A stretch of DNA of 48,924 bases from contig JAAPAO010000237.1 of assembly GCA_013115145.1 (NCBI GenBank), positions 1-48,924 of the forward strand. Reading direction: 5' to 3'. This document shows, in pieces, positions 1 to 11,000 of the stretch (its first letter is position 1; each line of letters begins with the position of its first letter). Origin of the DNA: Perkinsus chesapeaki ATCC PRA-425. Taxonomy: Eukaryota > Protista > Perkinsozoa. A program made the translations under genes and the position numbers. Below the pieces are notes generated by a model. The model was not told the origin of the DNA. It searched no databases and saw only the letters and a list, made by a program, of their open reading frames with translations.

Positions 1-686
1 GAGTTAGGATTGCCTCCCCAACATGCTTGAGTATTCACTTTTTTGCTTGGATTTGAACCGACTGGCTTGGAAAAATTACAACCCGGGCGAGCGACTCATG
101 CTTGCTTGACACCTACCACTGATGCTTGGATCGGGACCATTACCCATCGCAGTACAGTGTACAAAGAACGCAAGTTGTGCAACGATGTAAAGGAGAATGA
201 CAGCTCCCAACCAAGGAGGCCTAGTAAATTTGCAGACTTGGGCCAATTCTCCTCGGTTGAGTGCCTGTGGTACTATTATGGTACGACGGCAACATGTTTT
301 GATCGAGCCGCTATGGCCGTTGCGTTTGCCGACGAACTTGAGTCGGAAGAACTTTCCTAAAGCAGTCTTTTGGACGTTCAAAATACGTCACCGACATATA
401 TGGATCGTCGCTACGCTATGGTAGGAACACAACAAGGGCACTTTCGGTGAGATAATCTTGTCCAACAGGCATAATCAAAACAAGACGCTGCAACGAACTA
501 CGATCAATTAAGAATAACAAAACCATCATTCTACGATGTCCCGAGCTATCAGCCAGGCTGCAGCTGATCGGGGACTACCATGCCACGTGATGGATGACGG
601 AACCTTCCCGACACGAGTCAGATTGCCCGGCCATGAGTAAAAATGCTAATATAGAGTAAAGAAATGTATGAAGGGGTAGGGTGGAA

Positions 687-2132
687 TCACCATGAAGCAA
701 AAGGGTCTTCTGCGTGAGGCACGATAGGAGCCAGATCCGCCGAGTCCGGATAGTCCTCGAAATTAGAGGTGTCAGTTTCCGACTTTACTGTAGGCTTGTA
801 AGGAGATTCGATTTCCTTATTGTACAATGCATCCCAAGACAGGCCTGGCACAAAGTATGCTGCTTGCAGATTCCAGTTCACAAGATGCACCCTGAACAAA
901 TTACGAAAAGCTTACTTGCGAACCATTTGGACTTCTTGATGTCATCGACACCACCCTTCAATGTACCGTACCGTTTCGCTGAGAAATTGTCGGCCTTATC
1001 TACGCAAAACAGGAATTAGCGGCTCACCTAGATCCGCAGTGAGAAGCCTTTTCACCAGCGACTTTGCATATCTATCGAAGAACCGCGGGAATATCACTTT
1101 CCCACCAAGTATCTTCTGGTAAATGCCTAGAATGTGAAGTCGACGCACAAGGTAGAGCCAGAGCCTACCCATGGGATCCTCATCGACAAAAGGAGGGTAG
1201 CCGACAATCATCTCGTATGTGAGAATCCCAAGCGTCCACCAGTCTACCGCCTTGCCATGACCCTAAAAGCGATGGCACTGCAGTTGGGAGGCTCTGAGCT
1301 GGTGACTGGTATGGACGGTACCTTATTGAGAAGGACCTCGGGGGCAATGTACTCCGGCGTACCACACAGTGTGTAGGTTCGTTGCGCCACAATCTGCAAT
1401 TACTGTATAAGCAACGGCGAACAGGAAGGTTTTATTACTTTAGCGAACCCAAAGTCCGTTAGTTTCAAGTAGCCGTCGGACCCAAGCAAGATATTCTCCG
1501 GCTTAAGGTCCCGATAAATGATATTCTTAGAATGCAGGTACTCGAATATGCTCACAATTTGAGCCGCGTAAAACCGCGCGGCTTCGTTGTCGAACCGTCC
1601 GACCTTTCGCAAGTGCGTGAAGAACTCCCCGCCAACCACGTACCTGACGAGGAAATTCTGACCAGCGGATTTTGAATGTCCAACGCGAGCAAATATGTTA
1701 TTTACTCGAGGGCTAGATAAAGGTGTCTTTCATCGTGGAATGAGCCGTAAAGGTTCACAATCATAGGGTGATGTATGGCCTTGAGGATGGCCTTCTCCGA
1801 ATTAATATGGTCCACCTAAAAGCGTTGCCATCCAATATCTTCCTCTTTACTGCGTTCAAGTGCTTCGCAAGATTCGGGTTCCGTACTTGCTTGAGCCGAA
1901 TGATCGCCGCTTTCTTCAATATCTTCAAGGCGTAATGCTTCCCACTGTCCTTGTGGGTAACAAAACGGACACGCCCGAACGAACCCGTACCGAGCGTTTT
2001 CCCTAGCTCGAAGCTCTCGGGTTGGCACGTGTCCAACACACAGCATTCCGGAGCGGGAGGGCCCAGTGCGGGTATCAAATCCGGCATCGGTGGAAACGTC
2101 ATCACAGCCACTGGTCCATCGGCGCTTTCCAT
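687..2132 (-). CDS. PKAc: cAMP-dependent protein kinase catalytic subunit, 8 exons by hand model
   Basis: Spliced reading gives GTGSFGRV (Gly loop), [72 protein letters not shown] and a C-terminal EDPFASW* (TGA 687-689). GT-AG introns include 1816-1886 and 1127-1168. An in-frame upstream ATG at 2264 is an alternative start. Confidence 0.95.
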
Positions 2133-3111
2133 ATTAGAGGTTATACACAAAGAAAAAGCTACAGAGCTATAAGCCCGACTCCGAGAAGCAACACCTACCG
2201 AAGTGACAACGACCAAATCACCTCCTGCGACAAATAGATGGCAACGCCGCAGATGAGGCGCCATAATTTTTCCGCATTAGTCACATTATCAACAATGCAA
2301 TGCAGGATTACGAATATCTATCCGCTTTTTGCAGACACGAGCAAGCCTTTTGACTGGGCGTCCACTGCAGCTCTGCCAGTGTACGCAACCCGCTGTATAG
2401 GATGTCTCACATAGCTCTGCAGTAACCCACAATACAAAGTGTCGAGCCCTCACTAAGTATCTATAGCTGCTATGAGATATAACAATCCAAAGCTACAGCG
2501 GAACGCAGCGCATGATGGATTGGGATGAACATGCACACGTCGCGCTCGCCCACGAGTAGCAGCACAGGAGGAATAAGGACAACAGGATAAGCAGTGCTAA
2601 TTTAACACTCCACGAATGACTCATTATTCGGTTCGAGTGAGGGCATAGTATGTCCGCATTTGCAACGACTTCATGTAATCTCATTTTATGCCATGTCGAT
2701 ATATAAAGTGATATATATATTAAATACACTTATAATAATATCATCTTCTTGCGGTCAACCCCGCCGCGACGTTTGTCAGTCATAATCGTTCCCACTTGTC
2801 TTAAACGCTCTGAGCAGTACCCCAACACTCTGTACCCGAACTTGGGGTGATAAGACCCCAAGTCACCAGTTGGTGTTGGCGTGATGAATAGAAACGGCCC
2901 GCTACTCATTGTCACCAACTGAAACGCCGTAGCCGGTTGAGGACGACAATCAAAAAGATTTGCGGCACATCATGGGTATCATTTACACAAAGTACATCTC
3001 GCAATGAACATCTCGCGAAATCAGTTTTCATTAAAGTGTTACGCCGCCAAAATCAGCGACGCAGTTTGCTATCGATCAAAGTAACCAACGAGCTCCTCCT
3101 TACTCGGAGTC

Positions 3112-3153
3112 GTTACTCTCTGAAAACTCTACTCGTTACTCTCTGTTACTCTC
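3112..3153. repeat. Three copies of GTTACTCTC
   Basis: Copies at 3112-3120, 3135-3143 and 3145-3153, around the putative ankyrin-gene stop. Confidence 0.8.
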
Positions 3154-6100
3154 GGAACTGGCTCTGCTACCTGACAAAGATCCACTAAGCTAATGACAAA
3201 GACAGTGCTAACAGTTATGGGATAATATAGGGCGACGACGACAGCCCCACTTGCTGTCCATGAGCTCTCCAGAGTTTTGGCCTGAAATCTAGCTCAAAGC
3301 TGAGCCGTCCTCGAGCAGAGGCCCTTAATCGTCTATCCAGCCTTACGGGCTCCGTACTCAACGTGGCTGTATATAATCGGTTGACCTGATAGCAACCATA
3401 CACTCAGACATGACTTATATACCACCCCCTGCATGCCAACTAGCAGACTCACCGAGACAAATGTAAATCCCAAAGGATAGTATTTATCTTTAAGTTCATC
3501 TGAGCTGCCGTCAAGGCATGGCAGTGGCGGCGGCTCACTAAAATCGAAGAACTGAGTTTTCCGCAACCTACAGTGTCGCGAATTCCCCAACATAGTGCAC
3601 TTGACTAACCGTGACATCTCCCTCCGTAGAGTCAACTTCTCCTCGTTCATAAGTCGCCATTGTCGCTTAGCACGGTCGGAACGCATGTGCACGTCCGCGG
3701 TCGGGACTACAAAGCACACTATTAGTGGATCCTTCGCTGGGACGCAGAACCGAATGGATTAAACAAAAGTAACGGCCGATCACTGTGCGAAATCAGACAC
3801 ACTTACGTCCAGTCCTCCCCACAACGCCACTCGTTAGCGGTGTACACTCTTTCTGCCGCGACCGCTTCACTGTTCCAAACTGAACACTCTCATCCTGATG
3901 AAGAGCGGCCATCAGCGCATCTTGCTCACTCAGCACACCATGTGGATACCCTACCAGTTCTTCTGGCATTTCCACTATGGTGAAAAGCTGGATGCATATC
4001 CATGCTGTATCCGACAGTACGTCAACGTCAAAGCGGAAACTGCAAGTGCATTTAAGACCACCGGTGTTGGACTAACACTGGCCTGACCTTTCATGCCAGT
4101 ATGGCCGACCCCTACAGTGCAAAGCTGTCGAGGTCCACGATGTCACCGGTGAGCCTTGTTCCTCGCCAGGACAGAACGTTACTGTAGCGTATCTTTGGTG
4201 AAGCCACTGGGAGCTCCAAATCAGTCCGATTTGGTTACATGTGGCATCCTTTCAGCGCCGCGAGGTCATACGCTTCCAACACAGTGACGACAAAGCAGCC
4301 TTTGATATCAACCACTGGCCGTCCAATCGTGGCTGATAAAGTTTGCCGATCTCGGAGTGAATCCGCGATGATCTCACAGAGTTCCTGAGCGGCACGGCTC
4401 GCCTCTCTCAAGATGAGGAATCTTCACCTGGCCAGCTCCCGATCCCTCGTAATGAGCATCCGCCCGTCTTTCGTGAATCGCCAACATAAGAGCACTTTGG
4501 TCATCCAAGTTCCTCAACTCACAATCGGCCCTGCTCAAGATAACACTCATTAGACTGACATAGGCTGGCTCAGCGTACCCACGATCACAGAGAAGTCTGG
4601 CTACACGGGGCTGTCTCTTTGATACCGCGTGCATTAGAGGTGTCCACTGATGATTGTCAGCCGCATCCAGCAACTGACAACTAGCTTCGAGCAATGCAGG
4701 TTAAAGGCATGCCTACCTCTGGCGAGAAATCCAACAAGGTATTGACGCACCTTGTATCACCTTCGCGCGCCGCTAAATGTATGGGGGTGAGTCCGTCACG
4801 ATCAGTGGCGTGCCTGTCAGCTGAGTCTCAACTACCCCAGTCTCACATCGCCTACGTGTTAGCCCTGGCGTCAACCAAGGACGATATGATATGGAAATGA
4901 CCGTTTAAGACGGCATGATGCAGGCACGAGTTACCTGAAGAGTTTCATCCAGCAAAGTTTGGCCGACAATAGGCTTCCTCAGAATAACAGGAATAAAAGT
5001 GTGTTAGTTGGGTATGCCACTGAGCGTTAGTTGTTATTCCGATTAGCCAAGCAAATCCGGGACCGCACCCCGAGTAACCATGACAGCAATAATACTATAC
5101 AACTATAAGGCGTATAGAACGTTGCTACGTGCTATTCGACGTTCGTACGTTGAACGTAGCTAGTAGACGTTGCATCGAAGGAGGACCACAGTCACACTCG
5201 ACAAGCTGCCCACCTTCTCTATCCCTAGCCGAGTTCATCCTCAACGATTGGAAAGCGAGCACACGATTATCGCCTTTCTTATTCGCCAGAAGGCAGTTAA
5301 CAAGATCGAGGTTGCCGCTTGTGCACGCGTGCATGAGGAGCGTCATACCATTATTGTCAACAGCTGTCGCATCAGCTGGTATCAAGTGGCGCCTTGCAGA
5401 CAGCAACGCCAAAACCTGACATAAAAAACGCCGTTGATGTTCTGCTGGAACGGTTCCTCTCCTACGCATGCGAAATGACCCTTCCGCGCAGCAGTCAGCA
5501 ACGGAGTCTCTCCGAAGTCATTGCGGGGGTCGATGTCGTCCATATACGGGCTGATTACCTACACAGCTGGCTTGTGCAATCCACAAGCAGTCGAGGCATA
5601 CATCCAACGAGGTGATGCTACCCTCCTCGCAAGCGGTATGAAGAGGACAGTTTCCGATGTTGTCCACTATCGTTAGGCTGCTAGGATGCGCATACCTGCG
5701 AAAAAATACTGTCCACTGAAACTGGAACGATAGTGGCCGTTTGCTGGTCAAATTTATCCCACGAAATCTACTCTCAGACTGAGGGTCTCAATAGTCCATC
5801 GAATACTTCTACATAAGAACAAATGGCTCTCCTAAACTAACTGGAAAACTTATGATTCCAAGTGATATTGAAATTCCATTCCTTGCGCTTGAGCAATCGC
5901 CCACTTACTCGATCAGCCTTTCCAAGATACGCCTCTTGAGATCTGGGTCATCACTACAGGCTACTGCAAACGACTTGTTACCGTTCACTAGATCCTCTAC
6001 GGCCGCCGCCTCTTTCACGATATGGTGGAGGGCAGTTCTGCCTTGACGATCCTGCCGTGACTAATCAACGAATCAAACATAACTGTGATTAGTTACCTGG

Positions 6101-7622
6101 AATGTGAAGAGGCTCTGCAGTGCGTGCTCCCCGTACTTCTCCAGCAGTGGAAACATGACCGGCAGGCACGCCCGGCGATGACGCCGCACCAAATCAATCC
6201 CGAGATTCTGTCCTTCGCAGTTCACTACATCCAATGAAGGCCTGAAACTTGATCCCTTTCTCCAGTAAAGCTGTCAGGCATTCTAGATGGTGTTAGTATG
6301 GTTTGCCGCTCCAGTCAGTTTGGAGCCGTCCAGCGAATCCAGTGGCAACGTTAATCGTTTTCATATCGAATTTCTGCAGCCGCTGAAGGATCTCTCTGTA
6401 ACCATTTTTCAAGCCAACTTCAACAGCGTCCCCGCCCAGCATTGCTGGGCCAGTAAACCCCTACCTCCGTCTTAGCATCCGAGCTAGTAAGCTGCTCCGG
6501 CCCAAATCCATGGCCATGTCTAAAGGTGTTCTTCCTCGGTTATCGAAGACATCAAGTGCGGCATCAGCATCAACCAGATGGATGGCCTGCCACAGCGAAA
6601 CAGTCACATACGTCGATCGCCTCCAAGCTACCATTTCCTCTGCTGCGGCCGGTATAGGGTACTGGAGTGCATGATGCAATGGCGTCATAAAAGCCTTATC
6701 AGGTGTGCTTGCCATTGCTCCCGCTGCCAATAGAAATGTCATGGCATCCACACGCCCTTCAGCAATGGCATGGTAGAGAGCCGTCCTTCCTAGCCTGCAG
6801 CAGCATCGTCTGAATTACTTGGCGCACCAACACTTACTTGTCCACTTTTTCCATGTCAACTTCCTCGTATATAAGTCGGCTTATAAGACGCTTGTGCCCG
6901 AATTTCGCTGCATACATAAGCGCCGTCATGCCATCATCATCACCCGAGTTCAAATCCCCCCTCCGGCACTTCTCGGTCTCGAGCAGCATCTCAGCCAATA
7001 GGAGGTCCAAAACATACGGAAAGCTTCGCCACATCAGTCGTGGCTCCTCCGACGGCTCTACGGACGACGCCCCCTTCGAAGCCTCGTTCCAACCCTGCGC
7101 TCTCGCTTTCTTTCTGACCCTCTTGTCGGTCTCGGTCAGCAACTTAGAGACGTCATACAGCTTCGGCGACGACGCCAGAATATGATGAACTGTGGTGCCA
7201 TCACAAGCTGCAATGGATAGGTCAGCTCCAGCTGCAATGAAGGCCTCAACGCATCGAACATGCCCGTGAAAAACAGCTCGCATAATGGGCGTCCAGCCAG
7301 CCTCGTCGGCACTATTAACAAGGCCATTGCTGCTGCGATCCAAAAGTGCACGGCAACGCCTCTCGTCGCCTCTGTCGCACCATGCATGAAGGGCCCTCGT
7401 GTCACCCACGGCCATGCCACCCGCCGGGATCTCATAGTCGACTCGGTCAGCGCTGTCCTCGCAAGCCAAGCCGAACAAGGCAAGGTTCCTGTGGTAACTC
7501 CCGCGCAGGTACAGAGGCAAGTACGCGTTATTCGGATGCAAGTCCAACACTTTGAGGACATCCTCCCGATCCTGCCGTTCCTTGTCAGCTAGTCGTGCTT
7601 GTCGGGCCACTATAATACCCAT
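3129..7622 (-). CDS. Multi-exon ankyrin-repeat protein with probable C2-like C-terminal region; 3' end tentative
   Basis: Ankyrin motifs occur in successive exons: AGWTPIMRAVFHGH, DGMTALMYAAKFGH, LGRTALYHAIAEG, FMTPLHHAL, RGRTPLDMA, IGNCPLHTACEEG, NGMTLLMHACTSG, QWTPLMHAVSKR, DQSALMLAI. C2-like segments FVVTVLEAYDL (~4270-4300) and FRFDVDVLSDTAWICIQLF (~3985-4045) follow. ATG 7622 lies 23 nt downstream of a polypyrimidine-AG at 7646-7647. Exons below 3980 are less certain. Confidence 0.75.
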
Positions 7623-8024
7623 AGAGGAGACAACATTATACTCAACTGCAAGAGGGCAGAAGCATCCATACAAACACACACAAACCAAGCGCGCTAGCCT
7701 CCACTGGTAACACACTACTGTATGTTAAACATAGTAGTGGGAGTCATGGAAATGGAAACGAGGAGCATTTGCTGAGCGTCTGAGGAACATCGTTTTTTTG
7801 ACACTAGAACCTTTCCATACCAGAGATTGGGAATAGCCCTTACGAGTCTTATGGTTCCGGAGAGAGAGGACCACTGACAGATATCACAACGATCAGAGCG
7901 ATTCACTAACCGTGCCAGTAGGACATTCGGTTACAGTTATCCGGACAAGTTCACCGACGAATTGCAATTTACAGGTTGCCGACAGTAATTTATGAAAACA
8001 CAACAGCTAGAGCGACGAACGACT

Positions 8025-11000
8025 TCAACTCATGCCATAGCGAGTATCCTGTGGATGCCTCACCTTGCACTGGGGCAACAATTGTACACGCACCCTACAG
8101 AGGATGGATCACACTCTATTGTAGAGGCGCTGCCGTGACCACAGGCATTCTCGGCCTGCACGGTGAATGTCACATTGGCAGAGGTTGTTGGCCGAGACCA
8201 CTGATGGAACACCGTCGTGCCTGCGGAGAGGAAACTTAGCATCTTGTTCAACGCCTTTCTCTTACTGTTGGTATCAACGCACTGCGTGGCACTACAGATT
8301 TTATAGCCTGCAATGTACGAGCCACCGGCGCTTGCTGGTGGGGACCAGCTCGCCATGACAAAGGTGCTTGTCTGAGCAATCAACAATGTTACCACAGGTG
8401 ACCAAACTCTATGGTACTCACCGTGATGGTGAATGCGGCCGGCGCAGAAGGCAAGTCGCAGCTAGTAGCGGAGAAGGCTGTGCTAAACTCAGACCAGTCT
8501 TGACGTCGGTTCCTTGCTCTTGCTCTGAACTTCCAAGTCAATCCCGTAGTCAAGTTAACCTGGCGTGAGATTCTTTGCTACAGTAGAAGGCAGCGCTCTA
8601 TCGTCGCTACCTGAACCCAAGGATTGCTGCCATTATACAGTACTTGGTAGGAGGTATCGTTGACTCCTCCTTGCAGTTGATACCTGGACAGCACACAAAT
8701 CTCTCACGACGAAGATACCGACTAGCTTACTCTATGTTAGCGAGGTCATCTCCACCTGTGTCGAACACTTCATTCCAGCGCAGTTTTATGAGCCCAGCAC
8801 TCGGCCAATCCGTATCATTACGCCACACAGTAGCGGCAGCTCCTAGTTGGCGAAGTGTGACACAGTCAACCTATCACACCCAACTTACCGTAGGATGGCC
8901 GATTCAGCGTCCAGCCAGGAAGGTCCAGGTGATTGTCGTAATCGGTTAACGTTGTCTTGGAGTATGTACTGCAGGCCGAGACCCATCTACGGAGGTGAGA
9001 ATTTAACGCGTGCAGAAATATAGGAGACCAGCTCACCCCAAAGAGTTCTCAGCCATGACGCATAAGCTGTACTGCTTCTTTGGTGCAAGGCTTGGTACCT
9101 CCGCAGTCGTGATGTTAACCTAACCGATCCATTATAGTGCAGCATCATGAGCGGAAAGACACGATGCGTTATACGTCGACCTTCCACAGAACCAGTAATG
9201 ACAGGCGAACTACCAATGGCTATTCGTGTGACCAAATATTCCATTAGTAATCTAGATTCGCATCTACGATTACAATCCCAGACAATTGAAAACAACTTTC
9301 CTGATTTCCTATATAGGCACTCTTTCCTCGAGCTGCGGCCTCCCCTTGTCGCTTACATCAGCCTGAGGTGGACTGCCAATGCTGCCCATCCAAGTGTTCG
9401 CCAGACCAACACCAACCTCCACCATCTCGAATCGGTACCGTCGTAACGGTATACCTACCAATGGGCATCCATGAAACTTCGAGGCAAATACCCGTACCGT
9501 TCGAAACTGGGGCCGTCCATTGATACCGAAGAGTGCTGCCATTGCTGGCCAGAGTGTTGATCGGTTGGCTAGGTATGCCTGGTGTGCTGCCCGCCGTGAA
9601 AATGACAATGTCACTGAGAGGTCCTTCCCCTATAGTGTTCACAGCAGCAATGCGAATCTGGTAGTCGGTCCCTGTGGTGAGGCCGGTGAGGACGCATGAC
9701 GTAGGATCTGTCAGAGGTAACTCCAATCTTCAGCCAATATTCCACAGCCTTACATGGTATAAGTTCTCGACCACATGTGGAATCCGGCGTAGTGTCGATA
9801 GCAGTTGCCGGCCCGCTATTCCGATAGATTCTATAGCCTATAATAGTGCCGTTGTTCATTACAGGCTGCGTCCAGTTGAGCCCTATTGTAGCGTTAGAGC
9901 TGCTCAAACTAGGAATCTGAAGCAGCAGCAAACTCCGACAAATAGGCAAGCCCTCAGGTCGGCACCTGCGTCGGTACGTCCATCTTCTCAGGTACACTGG
10001 CGCAGCTAAGTGTGACAGTGTCCGAGTCCCGGTAACCTTTGGTGCTGTATACACGCAAATAGTATGATATCTGACAGGGACAGAATCAATACCTAGAGTC
10101 ATCTAAGGCAGGCCAGACAAACGCATTACATAGACCCAAGCATGGTCTGAACTCCTAGAGGCGGCCAGACTATCGAGGAATGTACCACGTAGACTTGTAT
10201 CATAGAGGAATATCAAGGTATGCATTTGACATTATTTTTCTTGTAGCAGCTTTGTTTCATTAAGCTTTCTGCCATATCACCCAGTTCGAAAGTAAATTCA
10301 AACACTCTCGATTAAGGCTAGGTGAGTCCCTAACCTGTTCACGTTGTCCCTAGTCTCTAGTCAACTTGGGAGGGGCTACAGCCTGGAAAACCGAAAACGC
10401 CCAAATGACCTACATCCAGTGTGGCGCTCGCTCGACAGTTCACATAGTGCTGCATCGCCCATGATGCTGTGAGGCTTGAATCAAACGAACTGGTGAGGTT
10501 CAGCCCTGGAGGTTCCAAATACGGGTAGACACTTTGCCAGTTTGATCCCGAGTGGCGAGCGAATAGACGGAAGCCTGTTATCGAGCAGCTGTAGTGGGTG
10601 GGAGACACCCATGCTATCAAATTGTGTGTGCCATTGCCATCAGCCCGGAATGGCGCTGCGGGCTTCTCCATCCGCCTGCAAGCTCGTACCTAATATGCAA
10701 AATACCGTAGCCAGGATTCGAACCCGCGGCCTCCTACTTCCACAATATCGCTTTTGTTGCCAACAGCGGCAACGGTCTTGATAGCCACTTGGAAATAGTA
10801 GGCTCTTCCAGCCACTATACCGCTGCGGACTGTGTAACTGGTGGCAGCTGTGTTAAAGACTTCATCGTAAAGGGCAAGGCTGAGGTTGTTGGAGCCCATG
10901 TAAATGAGGATCGACTTCATAGGTGCCCCATAAGTGAGCGTATTGTTCGGCACCGTCCATTTGATTCCCACAGTAGTGTCACCTGAGTCAGTACGACCGT

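Noticed and set aside
1-420. Probable partial gene at the left edge, and a GGTTCAAATCC B-box-like string at 49-59
   Set aside because: Splice-like sites exist, but no frame or product could be fixed. The B-box has a poor stem and no downstream T run.
1816-1886. PKA intron with TTGAAC at +28..+33, the same offset as the tRNA-like intron family
   Set aside because: No other similarity and no stem. A 6-mer at a fixed position is too weak to count as a member.
2493-2918. Short minus-strand ORFs between the ankyrin gene and PKA
   Set aside because: No motif and no convincing splice path. They could be UTR or a small unrecognised gene.
10704-10713. ACCGTAGCCA, matching the first 10 nt of the Perkinsus/dinoflagellate spliced leader
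   Set aside because: Only 10 nt match, the rest of the leader is absent, and it is antisense to the host gene. It is compatible with chance in 49 kb.
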